A stretch of DNA of 63,121 bases, filler included, from Nemertoderma westbladi (GCA_032718475.1; 4 parts of 4 records of this genome joined end to end with filler, not necessarily neighbours in it), one strand, 5' to 3'; positions 1-12,900 are shown, counted from the whole stretch's first letter. Translations and numbers: made by a program. Notes: generated by a model not told the origin, from the sequence alone.

Positions 1-2629
1 TACTGTATTTCACGTTGGCTCGAATTGAAATATTTCCATGAAAGAGCGTAAAGCGAAGTGAGTGAAATATGAAACGAATGCCAGAAAGTGAAATACTGAG
101 AATTTAAATCGAATATGCTGTTTATTTTCAAGTTTAGAAATTTTTTAAATAGGAATCGTATATTATACCCTGTCTGTACCGTATTTTATATTTTGTTTTC
201 TTTATAATATCAATTAGGATATAAAATCTTAATTTGAAGAAACACCGATGTCTAATTACATAATACCTACCATATTTACTATAGCTATAAGGCGCAAGTG
301 GCCTAGTGCAGTACTATTTTTGTAATTATTAAGTATTAGTCAGCTTTTTTTATAACAAAAACATTACATTGACCATTTTTAATAACTGTTTTAACTTGTA
401 TTGCTCCCCAAAGATTACATTTGGGTTACCCCATTCCCTCCCAAAGCTACAGTATGTTTCAAGATAAGCTACCAAACACGGCAACCTTTTATTTATTAAC
501 CTTTCATATAACCTGCTGACATCAGATTACTGACTGTCAGACTCAGTTGGCAAAACAATTCCTCGAACAGCAAGCATACTATTGAATTATCTAATGGAAC
601 CGCAAGAGTAAATGTATTTCGGACTTTATCGATAAATAAATATATCCACTTGCTGCTATTGACATAATATCTGGTCGAGAAAACCGACTCAAAGGTTTGA
701 ATTTCTCAATTTTTAGGAATCGAATTTACATTTCTCTTTAAATTAAATGATAAGGTTTGTCTGGGAAAATATTTTACATCGTAATTATATATGGCGGGAC
801 TGGTGAAGCATATTAATGTGTGTGAGTTATGGATTTATGGATTACATTGGAGTCTGGAATTAATTATAAAGCTCTTAGGATTCACTACCGATAAGCTAGT
901 GAACTCTACCAATATTTCTCAATCCATAATTTGCATGTTATCTACACGAACAACCACACTCTATTCATCACTGTGTGGGGCGAGTCAGAACTGCGAGCCA
1001 TCAGCGAACTGTTATAATTATACTATGGCCGTTTTCTAAAAGTCTCTGTGTGTGTGTGTCGGAAGCCATGATATACAGTAACTAGCCATAGTATATATAA
1101 CTAATTATAATTGTTCGCTAAGATGGCTTGCAGCTTTTGCTGCACGAAGGCCCCACTAGTGACTTACAGTACTACATCTAATTACACAAATTTTGCATAT
1201 GATAATGTCCATTAATCCAAAAGACTGTCAGTGTAGGTCGTATAGAAATCCTATAAACGTTAAATATAAGTTATGAATGAGGAATGTTTGTTTTTAATTT
1301 TATTTCCCTACATCAAATCTAGTGTTGGTAAATATCATAATGGCTAGGTTTATTCCCTCTAAAGGCAAATCTTCAAACACTATACTTAAATTGGCAACTT
1401 ATTTGAATAGAAGATTGGCTGACTATGACTAGGATTTACATTTTTCGATCGTCACTTTCTGTAAAGTTTAAAGTTTAGCCAGATAGGCTATCTAATTTGC
1501 CTTTTTTCAATTTTGTAATTAACCACACCCAGAGTGCAGCTCACACGTCACACTTCAGTTTGTTCTTTTGTATAATTGGTATTCCAGCGGTGTAACTGAT
1601 CTCGTAACTCAGTTAAATAATAAACGACAATGATTACTAATGACATACAATCACTTCTAAATACTAAATCGATTTATTGGTCCAGAAAAATATCCGATTC
1701 CCCTTTAACTCAATGGAACCAACGCTTAGATCCTATTTACACAGCCGTAAGGAATGTAATTACATTAATTTCGCGGATGAATAATAATGATGTGTCGGTT
1801 TTAATCAGATTGTGTTGAAGTTAGTTAATAGAATCCGCATTTTTTCTGGGTAAAATTACCTATGACATGCGCAATAACCTTTATTCCAAATTATAACTTC
1901 TTTTAATTTGTATTTTTAGATTTAAAAAGTAAATTTTTTAAGGAAAGAATCTTTTTATATATATTATAATTATTTATTACATGGGAAAAAAAGTAGAACT
2001 TTTTTCCACTATTCTCGAGGCATTTTATTTACCGAGCGTCAGCGAGGTTAATAAAGGGTCGAGAGAATATTGAAACATGATATTCTCTTAACAACATAAA
2101 CCAATATTGGATATTGAGTTCCGTTTTGGAGAACGCCACGCAGACACATTTGCAATAACTTTTGAGTGCGTGCATGGATTTTGCTCAAATTACGTGCAAA
2201 CCTTTTCTACGTCAATGCTCTTTCAACACATTTAATATAATTTAAGAGATTCCACCAAAAATATTTTATTTTACTTTTTTCGCCGGAAAAAAAAAGTCAA
2301 ATCAATGCAATCCTACGGGTTACTTTTTTTCCCTAGGGAAAAAAGTGAAACTTTTTCTCCCGATTTTGGTTTAAATTCGATTTTTTTAAGTATATAACAT
2401 CAAGTTGTATTTGTATGTTCCATATCTTAACTCAAGTGAACATTCATACATTCTAGATGTACGATATTTAATAGCTAAGTCAGTGACATAAAACTGAACC
2501 TGAAATTGGTTTGCCTTTGGCATAATAAATAATATAATTATTAATTACCTACCGGGCATACAGCTGTCTATCTATCTATCTATCTGTGTATCTTTCTGTT
2601 GTGATATAAATACTGATCTTTGTGGTTAT

Positions 2630-3128
2630 GAAATCTCACCCTCCATATCGTGGCCATTCTTCACATTAGTCGTAATTTTTTCATATCATTAGAAAGCATG
2701 CGTTACAAGGATTCCAAATATGTAACAATATCTGAATTTCTTTGAGAAACAGCTGAGAAATAGGCGTTCAAAGATTGCAAGAATTATTGTTCGCTGAAGG
2801 CCATTTATTCTATTTAATAAATACACAATGTTCTGGAACATTTTGTATATGTATGATTAGCTACGCAATATAGATATTGTATAGGCATACCGCTGTTGCC
2901 AACCAACTCATAAAATAAATAACTCGAATTTTGTGTATTTATTAAATAAAATAAATGGCCTACATCGAACGAGCCTTCTTGCAATATTTGAACGCCTATA
3001 TGTGGGAAGTTCCTCACGGAAATTAAGATATTGATGCAGGTTTGGAATCCTTGCGAGCAAGCTCTTTAATGATATGAATAATTATGACTAATTTGAAGAA
3101 TGGCCACGATACGGAGGGTGAGATTTCT
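2630..3128. repeat. ~90-bp imperfect inverted repeat pair (internal arms of a non-autonomous DNA transposon)
   Basis: gaaatctcaccctccatatcgtggccattcttc...aaggattccaaa (2630-2717) is mirrored by tttggaatcctt...gaagaatggccacgatacggagggtgagatttc (3041-3128). Confidence 0.6.
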
Positions 3129-3358
3129 CAAAAGCACTCTTTTTAAACGCTTATAAAAAGTTTTAAAGGCTAAATCGAAAATTTCGACTTCATGGGTACA
3201 TCGACGATGAGTTGAACTCGACGTGTTTCAAATTTCAAGCAATATGATAAAGACTAGGAACTATGTGAACTACAGTAGTTGTATTAAAACTATGTGAACT
3301 CTGCACTGTGCAGTAACCAAGGCTCCATGTATGTATCATTTAATTATTTATCAAACAG

Positions 3359-3574
3359 GTTAAATTAGGTACAGATCTGGGTAAATCTATTGAATCGATA
3401 ATGGAGAAGGGGGATCTAGTTGATATCAAGATTGTCTTCGACCTCCTCAAGAAAGCTGTTTGTGATAAATCGTCCAGCAAGGGGGTCCTTATTGATGGAT
3501 TTCCAAGGAGTGTTGAACAAGCGAAGATGTTCAAAGAAATAATACGTGAATGTGATGACGTCATTTATCTCGAG
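3359..3574 (+). CDS. AK1: Adenylate kinase (AK1/UMP-CMP kinase family), penultimate exon
   Basis: After acceptor aaacag reads VKLGTDLGKSIESIMEKGDLV...KGVLIDGFPRSVEQA...VIYLE, then donor gtgaat. The IMEKGxLV and LIDGFPR motifs are typical of AK1. The P-loop exon was not found in the window. Confidence 0.88.
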
Positions 3575-4018
3575 GTGAATTTCATCTTAATTAAAATTTA
3601 ATAATTGTTTACGTGGGAAAAGTATAACTATATTTTAGACATTTTAGTTAACGAGCGAAGCGAAGTTTATTGAAATTCTACTGCATTGTGAAAATGGAAA
3701 AGTTCTAACTGTGTTTTTTTTATTAAAAGTAAACCACCTTTGAATATAATAAATTGACAATAAATTTTTGTTTTCTCAAATGCATTAATGGTATGTGCAT
3801 ATATACTAAAATATGTTTTCGTTAAATATATTGGATATTGTATATTTATTAATATACAAATACTTAATAATATATATATTTGTTTTTACTTTTTAGTGTG
3901 GAGGGTATTAACTACAGTAAAACCAGGGAGAAATAAATCAAATCAAATTTAGATGGTCTTAATAATGTAATATTCTAGATGAGTAGCCTTCAATGTTATT
4001 TGTAATAAATGTTTTCAG

Positions 4019-4240
4019 GCAAGTGACGAGACAATGCGGGAACGTCTTATTGGTAGAGGCAAAGCGAGTGGAAGAGTTGACGATAACATTGTAACCATAG
4101 ACAAGAGATTGAAGACGTTTCATAACGAGACAGAACCTTTACTCACTCACTATGGCGACAAAGTCCGGAGTATTCCAGCTATAGGATCCCCTGACGAGAT
4201 ATTTAAAAAAATTCGTGTTATTTTAACTTCATCTTCTTAA
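4019..4240 (+). CDS. AK1: Adenylate kinase, last coding exon
   Basis: Acceptor ttttcag, phase-0 join to ASDETMRERLIGRGKASGRVDDN...KRLKTF...stop (short-LID RxDDN motif). AATAAA at 4372. Confidence 0.9.
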   Translation, partial: ASDETMRERLIGRGKASGRVDDNIVTIDKRLKTFHNETEPLLTHYGDKVRSIPAIGSPDEIFKKIRVILTSSS

Positions 4241-5351
4241 AAAGTCGGTTAAAAAATAGTTTAGTTTTTAATTGTGATGATTTTAATTATTATGTAGGCC
4301 TACCTGTAATAATAATTGTGATGTGATATTTTAGAGTGTTGCACATTACATTTTACATTGCACACTCTCTTAATAAACTTTGAACTACTGTATCACTAAA
4401 ACACATTCATTTATTGAGTCTCCCATAACTCACCCAAACGTTTTTAACTAGAAACTGGACAAATTTTGAATTCTCTCGTATTGGTGTACTTTAGTACCGT
4501 CTGCATATGTACGTATCCTGTGTATTGTACTAACTTTATGTGCCGTTTTGTCGGAGACAGTCCGGAGTTTCATTGGCTGCTCATAATAATACCGGTTAAT
4601 TTGTATTTTTTTCAACTGCCAACGAATGAAGTAACAGTGACGTATTATTATATATCGAAGACAAATTTTCGGTTTTTGGGTGCAATAATTTATTTGTATC
4701 ACTTACTTACTACTTTTGTGTTGGAATGTAAAATTATATTTCACTTGCATTTTTAGTTAATAAAAATATTTATAATACTAAATATTAATACACGATTTTA
4801 ACAATGTCGATTAATTAATGAAGCAGGCTTGTGTGCCAATATTACCTTGGATGATGAATGATTCCAGGAATACCATATTATACATTTACATCACTTACTG
4901 TACATCATTTTCTTAATTATTTGACATCCGCTACCGATTATGAGAGATTTGTAGTTAAATTTGAGTGATCGGAGGATCACTCCTCCATCATTATCAAGGA
5001 TTATTGCGTGCTAATCCAAACACTGGAACCAGTCAGCCCTGTAACGGATGTCCAATTATGGAAATGGACATCCGGTACAAGATGTTTGATCACCCCCTAC
5101 AGTTAATGGATAGGCCTACGGTTAAAACTTGTTCCTTTTCTGAAAGATTATCTATCTATCAATTTAATTCATTCGACAAACATATGGCTTGCCGCGCTGA
5201 CCGAAACAGCTCTCACACCTCACAAAACACTTCATATAGGCTGAAACTCGTCATCGTCATTTTTTTAGGAAAGTGGAGAAAAATAAGAATAAAATTATGG
5301 TTAACTCGGAATGGGAATTATCGGACAGATGCCAATGTCTTTTCACTAAAA

Positions 5352-8300
5352 TCGGGTAGCAGATAGGAGTAGCGCCCACCCCTACCTTCGGGTAGCAGAT
5401 AGGAGTAGCGCCCACCCCCACCCTCGGGTAGCAGATAGGAGTAGCGCCCACCCCTACCTTCGGGTAGCACATAGGAGTAGCGCCCACCCCTACCTTCGGG
5501 TAGCAGATAGGAGTAGCGCCCACCCCTACCTTCGGGTAGCAGATAGGAGTAGCGCCCACCCCTACCTTCGCGTAGCAGATAGGAGTAGCGCCCACCCCTA
5601 CCTTAGGGTAGCAAATAGGAGTAGCGCCCAGCCCAACCTTCGGGTAGCAGATAGGAGTAGCGCCAACCCCTTCCCCCGGGTAGCAGATAGGAGTAGCGCC
5701 CACCCCTACCTTGGGTAGCAGATAGGAGTAGCGCCCACCACTACCTTCGGGTAGCAGATAGGAGTAGCGCCCACCCCTACCCTCGGGTAGCAGATAGGAG
5801 TAGCGCCCACCCCTACCTTCGGGTAGCAGATAGGAGTAGCGCCTACCCCTACCCTCGGGTAGCAGATAGGAGTAGTGCCCACCCCTACCTTAGGGTAGCA
5901 GATAGGAGTAGCGCCCACCCCTACCCTCGGGTAGCAGATAGGAGTAGTGCCCACCCCTACCTTAGGGTAGCAGATAGGAGTAGCGCCTACCCCTACCCTC
6001 GGGTAGCAGATAGGAGTAGTGCCCACCCCTACCTTAGGGTAGCAGATAGGAGTAGCGCCCACCCCTACCTTCGGGTAGCAGATAGGAGTAGCGCCTACCC
6101 CTACCCTCGGGTAGCAGATAGGAGTAGTGCCCACCCCTACCCTCGGGTAGCAGATAGGAGTAGCGCCCACCCCTACCTTCGGGTAGCAGATAGGAGTAGC
6201 GCCTACCCCTACCCTCGGGTAGTAGATAGGAGTAGCGCCCACCCCTACCTTCGGGTAGCTGATAGGAGTAGCGCCCACCCCTACCCTCGGCTAGCAGATA
6301 GGAGTAGCGCCAACCCCTACCTTAGGGTAGCTGATAGGAGTAGCGCCCACCCCTACCCTCGGGTAGCAGATGGAATAGCGCCCACCCCTACCCTCGGGTA
6401 GCAGATAGGAGTAGCGCCCACCCCTACCCTCGCCCTTGGGTAGCAGATAGGAGTAGCGCCCACCCCTACCTTGGATAGCTGATAGGAGTAGCGCCAACCC
6501 CTACCTTCGGGTGGCAGATAGCAGTAGCGCCCACCCCTACATTCGTGTAGCAGATAGGAGTAGCGCCAACCCCTACCTTCGGGTAGTAGATAGGAGTAGC
6601 GCCCACCCCTACCTTCGGGTATAGCAGATAGGAGTAGCGCCCACCCCTACCTTGGATAGCTGATAGGAGTAGCGCCAACCCCTACCTTCGGGTAGCAGAT
6701 AGCAGTAGCGCCCACCCCTACATTCGTGTAGCAGATAGGAGTAGCGCCCACCCCTACATTCGTGTAGCAGATAGGAGTAGCGCCAACCCCTACCTTCGGG
6801 TAGTAGATAGGAGTAGCGCCCACCCCTACCTTCGGGTATAGTAGATAGGAGTAGCGCCCACCCCTACCTTGGATAGCTGATAGGAGTAGCGCCAACCCCT
6901 ACCTTCGGGTAGCAGATAGCAGTAGCGCCCACCCCTACATTCGTGTAGCAGATAGGAGTAGCGCCAACCCCTACCTTCGGGTAGTAGATAGGAGTAGCGC
7001 CCACCCCTACCTTGGATAGCTGATAGGAGTAGCGCCAACCCCTACCTTCGGGTAGCAGATAGCAGTAGCGCCCACCCCTACATTCGTGTAGCAGATAGGA
7101 GTAGCGCCAACCCCTACCTTCGGGTAGTAGATAGGAGTAGCGCCCACCCCTACCTTGGATAGCTGATAGGAGTAGCGCCCACCCCTACCTTCGGGTAGCA
7201 GATAGGAGTAGCGCCCACCCCTACCTTGGGGTAGCAGATAGCAGTAGCGCCCACCCCTACCTCCGGGTAGCAGATAGCAGTAGCGCCAACCCCTACCTTC
7301 GGGTGGCAGATAGCAGTAGCGCCCACCCCTACATTCGTGTAGCAGATAGGAGTAGCGCCAACCCCTACCTTCGGGTAGTAGATAGGAGTAGCGCCCACCC
7401 CTACCTTCGGGTATAGTAGATAGGAGTAGCGCCCACCCCTACCTTGGATAGCTGATAGGAGTAGCGCCAACCCCTACCTTCGGGTAGCAGATAGCAGTAG
7501 CGCCCACCCCTACATTCGTGTAGCAGATAGGAGTAGCGCCCACCCCTACATTCGTGTAGCAGATAGCAGTAGCGCCCACCCCTACCTTGGATAGCTGATA
7601 GGAGTAGCGCCAACCCCTACCTTCGGGTAGCAGATAGCAGTAGCGCCCACCCCTACATTCGTGTAGCAGATAGGAGTAGCAACCACCCCTACCTTGGATA
7701 GCTGATAGGAGTAGCGCCAACCCCTACCTTCGGGTAGCAGATAGCAGTAGCGCCCACCCCTACATTCGTGTAGCAGATAGGAGTAGCGCCAACCCCTACC
7801 TTCGGGTAGCAGATAGCAGTAGCGCCCACCCCTACATTCGTGTAGCAGATAGGAGTAGCAACCACCCCTACCTTGGATAGCTGATAGGAGTAGCGCCAAC
7901 CCCTACCTTCGGGTAGCAGATAGCAGTAGCGCCCACCCCTACATTCGTGTAGCAGATAGGAGTAGCGCCCACCCCTACATTCGTGTAGCAGATAGCAGTA
8001 GCGCCCACCCCTACCTTGGATAGCTGATAGGAGTAGCGCCAACCCCTACCTTCGGGTAGCAGATAGCAGTAGCGCCCACCCCTACATTCGTGTAGCAGAT
8101 AGCAGTAGCGCCCACCCCTACCTTGGATAGCTGATAGGAGTAGCGCCAACCCCTACCTTCGGGTAGCAGATAGCAGTAGCGCCCACCCCTACATTCGTGT
8201 AGCAGATAGGAGTAGCGCCAACCCCTACCTTCGGGTAGTAGATAGGAGTAGCGTCCACCCCTACCTTCGGGTAGCAGATAGCAGTAGCGCCCACCCCTAC

Positions 8301-8371
8301 ATTCGTGTAGCAGATAGGAGTAGCGCCCACCCCTACATTCGTGTAGCAGATAGGAGTAGCGCCAACCCCTA
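5352..8371. repeat. 36-bp tandem satellite, left arm (unit CGGGTAGCAGATAGGAGTAGCGCCCACCCCTACCTT)
   Basis: About 3 kb of direct head-to-tail units. 35- and 38-bp variants appear from about 6460. Confidence 0.98.
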
Positions 8372-9458
8372 TGTTCGCGGTATTTCAACTTTCCATAACG
8401 CGAGTTGAATATTTTTGTATTTTATTAAAATTGATTATTCCGATATTACTACTGGGTGCGGGACCATGGGTTTTGGGCACATTCAATAAACTGGGGGCGA
8501 TTTATGGGCGAACTTTGGGGCGACTTACAGGGTACGGGAATAATTTCATAGTTATAAGGGCCAGGGGGGGATGGAAAATGCAAGCAGTATTCAGGTTAGC
8601 CTGAGTACTATTAGGCCCTGGCCAACTTCCTGCTGCCTGTAGGGATGGATTTGGTAATGCGCCAGGCCTAAAGGACAAGGACTGCCCTTAGCGGTCCCTG
8701 GCCAACAGCAGTTATTACGAGACTGAAAAGAACTCGGAACGCTGACTGCTTGTGTCAGGGATTTGCGACGGGAAACGACGGCCCCTTAGTAGCCAAGCCG
8801 TTCTGGTTCTCGATGATCGAACCCTTCGGGGTTCATGAGGGGTGGAGCGGACACGCGAACGGGTGGCCAACTAACGACTGCCCCCTGAGCTAAGCCGTAC
8901 TGGTTCTCGATGACTGATCCCTTCGGGGTTCGAGAGGGGCGGTACGGATACGCGACAGAGTCTACCGACTGGACCGACCCTTAGCCAAGCCGTGCTGGTT
9001 CTCGATGATCGTTCCCTTCGGGGTTCGTGAGGGGTGGAACGGACACGCGACAGGGTCGACCGACACCGACACTACGGCACTAAGACTAGGACCGAGGGGA
9101 AATCTGGGGAACACTAGGTAGGCTAAAATCTGAGCGAACAGTGGGTAATTAAATAATATACTGTAGGGACTTATATTATCGTGTATAATTATTGTGAATA
9201 TTTGGTGTATATTGATTTGGGGAAGCCCAAAATTATTCTTAATCAAGTTTCAATGATGTTGAACAGGTTTCAACTATAGGAAGTTACATTAAAGAGTATA
9301 TCCAACTAATGCAGCTTTCTATCAACCGCAAACTTGCATCTCAGAAAACATTCCTTCTCCCAAATCAATATCCGGTGACTGGCCGGGGCTCAGTGGTCTG
9401 TAAAGTCACGTCTCCAGCATCGGCGTTTTTCCCCCCTGGTGTTGGGATAACGGCAACA
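8372..9458 (+). repeat. 5' LTR (1087 bp)
   Basis: tgttcgcggt...cggcaaca. Matches 17892-18978 at offset 9520 with about 7 substitutions by eye. Confidence 0.97.
8798..9042 (+). other. Three 53-nt stem-loop repeats in the LTR (K-turn-like GA/GA core, cUUCGg loop)
   Basis: Copies at 8798-8850, 8895-8947 and 8990-9042: ccgtNNtggttctc-gatga-N-stem-cTTCGg-stem-N-ga-gggg...cgg. Also present in the 3' LTR at 18318-18562. Confidence 0.7.
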
Positions 9459-9516
9459 AAATTAAGAATAATTAATGCGGTTAATTTTGACATGGTGTCA
9501 AAATTAAGAATAATTA
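9459..9516 (+). promoter_or_regulatory. Primer-binding-site position: duplicated ATTAAGAATAATT complementary to LTR 9231-9243
   Basis: 9461-9473 and 9503-9515 are exact reverse complements of aattattcttaat (9231-9243). No TGG-initiated tRNA complement abuts the LTR. Confidence 0.55.
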
Positions 9517-9709
9517 CGGTCAACTTCAACTGGTGGAAGTTGAGAATCCTTCAATACTCTTCAAAAACTCTCTACGTGCTTGCCAGCACCCACTACGAGG
9601 AAACTCTGGTATTTGAGTTGAGACGAAGTCGTGGTTTAATTAATCAGCAAACTCGATCTAACCAACTCGTAGTCGGCAGATCACATATTTGGAGAGTTGT
9701 TAACAGGGA

Positions 9710-9901
9710 ATGGAAGTATCGATCACACCCATTGATATAATTCAAGTTGAGCCAGGAATCTGGCACGTCGAAGTTGAGGTACAAGGAACGAACGTTGGAC
9801 GATTCAGGATTACTGTTCGGGTGGTCCAAGCTGAGTACAATACCTACGAGGAACTGTTTTACGACATCGCGTATCTAGCCATCGACGAGGCGTTACAATG
9901 A
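9710..9901 (+). CDS. 63-aa leader ORF whose stop overlaps the gag start (ATGA)
   Basis: MEVSITPIDIIQVEPGIWHVEVEV...LAIDEALQ*. The TGA at 9899-9901 overlaps the ATG at 9898. Protein-like amphipathic pattern. Confidence 0.45.
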   Translation: MEVSITPIDIIQVEPGIWHVEVEVQGTNVGRFRITVRVVQAEYNTYEELFYDIAYLAIDEALQ

Positions 9902-12900
9902 CAACAAATAACGTATCCGATACCGACGAGATGGATCACCACACAGACTCGGAAGCCGACGAGGTACCAAACGTCAAGAACATGACCCGTCGGTTAGGGG
10001 CTCTTAAAGGCAGAGTAACCCGAGCGTATCAACGGATGGAGAAACAACTCAAGGGAGCCAAAACCCCCCTCAATGAGGTACAAACTCAGCTTCAAAGTAT
10101 CCGAAATATCCTACAGCGGTACGAAAGAATGATACAGGCGTACCAAGAGCTCGTTCCCCCCACCGATCAGGAAAACTACCCCAAGTTGGAAGAACACGTT
10201 GTACATCTAGATGGGTTCCGCAAACAACACCGGAGGACCCTCAGCCTTGTGAGAGGCTATGAGGAACAGTATTACAAGAGGGCTGAAAGAACAGACGCGG
10301 AATCAGTACGATCCTCCAGCATCAGGACAGCAGTACATCGAAAGAGAACGGGGTCCGTTAGAAATCAGCACTCCAGCGCTAGGAGCGAGATATCCGGCTC
10401 AGCGCGCAGTTCTCAAGGGGCGCCGCCACTCCGAGACCAACTGCGAGAACGGAAGGCATTAGCCCTCAAAGCTCGGATGGAAGATGAGTATATTCAACTG
10501 CAAGCCGAGCAAGATGTATTAGCCGCCGAAACACAAAAGCGAGAGGCCGAACAAGCGGCCGAACGGCAGGCCGAACAACGTGAACAGGAGGCCGAACAAC
10601 ATAGACGAGAGGCCGAACGACAGGCCGAACAACGTGAACAGGAGGCCGAACAACATAGACGAGAGGCCGAACGGCAGGACGAACAACATAAACGAGAGGC
10701 CGAACAACGTAGATGGGAGGACGAACGACAGGCCGAACAACGCAAACAGGAGGCCGAACAACGCGGACGAGAAGCCGAACGAGAGATCGAACAACGTAAA
10801 TGGGAAGCGGAAATGCGTAAACAACACGCCGAGGCCCAAGCAATTCTCATCCACAAAAAAAATGCGGATATTGCAAAACTCGCAGAATACGAAGCCGCAC
10901 TTATAGAACGAGATATTCAACTCTACGAGGACTGGGAAAGGGATATAGATCAGGAATATGAACCAATTCCGGTACCGGAGTTAGAAAAGTCATTTACACC
11001 AACAGCGGCGAAACCTCCGAAACCCGAGATCCCGCCTACCAAACAGTCTACGCTATCGGCACAAGCCCCGGTGTTCCATCCCCCACCGGCTACGCTAAAG
11101 AATGAGGAACCTTATTTCCCATCCAACACCACGACAGCGAGTGTACCCAAGTACGAGCCTGAAAAGGACTCGGAACGGGATGCCACTCCCCGATCTAACA
11201 ACCCATTTACATCCACACCACAAACTCGTTGCCGCGTCATTATTAAAACTCCACCTATTATTGATCCATCAAGTATGGGAGTGAGTGCCAATAACTATAA
11301 CCCTCCGAGTCACTCTAGTTCAGACGACGTCAGCATCATCCAGGCGTTGGAGAACCGCCTTGCCATGCCTAAGATGGAGATCCGCACCTTCGAAGGAGAT
11401 CCCGTCGATTACCTCAGATTCAAGAAACGGTTCTTTGCGCAGATCGGATCAACGGACATAGCCGACGCACAGAAATTGGTATATTTATCGCAATACCTGG
11501 GTGACAAACCACGCAGAATTGTTGCATGTTTTGAAGGAGGCTCTCATGAGGCATACTATGACGCATGGAAAACTCTAGATAAAAGATACGGTAATACCGG
11601 AACTATAATTAATAAAACTCTAGAGAGACTGATACAGGACGCAGGATCACTAGGGGACCCACAGAACATACAGGAATTCTCCGACTCTATGAAGGATGCC
11701 TACTATACTCTGAAACCCTTAAATAAGGAGGACCAGGTGAACAACATTCTAAACCTCCGACAGATCGCCAAGAAGTTCCCCGGATGGTTACAAAGTAAGT
11801 GGGCTTATAAATGTGTAGATCTCCGGTGCAGACATCCAGATCGAGATCCTAGCTTCCTTGAAATGTCGGCATTCCTGGACGATATCTCCGAAGCCATGAA
11901 TGACTCGATGTTTTCAAAACAAAGTCTCGCAAAGTTGGACGGAATAGAGAGCAACTCCAGGAGTAAGATAACCCCTCCGAAACCGAGATTCCGCCCCCCA
12001 CCGGTAAGTACGATGGCCATTACCATGGCCGAGGATTCCGACGACGAAGACTATGAGGAACCGACATCCGCCGAGGAATGGGCATGTTATCTCGCGAGTT
12101 GGGCACCCGAAAGGGAAGGCATCACAAACTCCCTGCTCTGTCTCTTCTGTGGGGAGAAACATAAAGTGGAATTCTGCAGAAAGTTTCAGTTCGCCGAACT
12201 CGTCCCACGCTTCGAGGCGATAATGAAACACCGAGGATGCTTCCGGTGTCTTGGAACAGGTCACTATGTTCGGGAGTGCGACCAAAGATCATGCTGTGCT
12301 GTCTGTAACGACCAACGCCATCACACGCTCCTCCACATCCCCGCGAACTTCGATTTTACTACCCTCCCCTTTCGGATCGAAGCCAGGCGAAGAGGAGAAA
12401 CAAACCACATCTTCAAAGGAACCCGGACAACCCAACGGAGAGAAACCAACCCGTTTAAAATCTCCACCGACACACCACAAGTAACCAATATTTCGGCCAC
12501 GATTAATCTTATAAATCGCCGCTACATGGTTTTCGCAAAGGTAATCCCAGTAAGGATCCAAGGAGTCGGCAAATCTTTGACGACACTCGCGTTCCTCGAT
12601 AACGGGTCTGACGGAACCATCATCGACCGGGATTTCCTCGAGCAACTCGGCCTAGAATATGAACCTTGTAAACGGCCCATACAAACCATCACCGATAACA
12701 GAGAAGTAGAGTCCGGGGAGGTACAACTCCAGATGGAAGGAGTGATGAAGGGCTACGAAACGGCTAAGTCAACCATCAAGAACGCCTTGGTACACACAGA
12801 CCTCCGAGTGCGGTTCCGACAATCAGCCGAGTACGCCCCCCTCATACAATTGGACCGAGACGATGTAGATCTGAGGTGTCCGCAGTTGGACGTAAACCGC

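Noticed and set aside
5257-8388. Many ORFs encoding VGVGATPICYPK repeats
   Set aside because: By-product of a 36-bp satellite; frames break at every 35- or 38-bp variant.
8798-9042. Hammerhead ribozyme or SECIS in the LTR repeats
   Set aside because: No CUGANGA plus GAAA core. The ATGA/GA quartet has only a ~7-bp upper stem and a UUCG loop without the apical AA of a SECIS.
10259-10920. Alternative-frame and antisense ORFs over gag
   Set aside because: Shadows of the coiled-coil repeat region.
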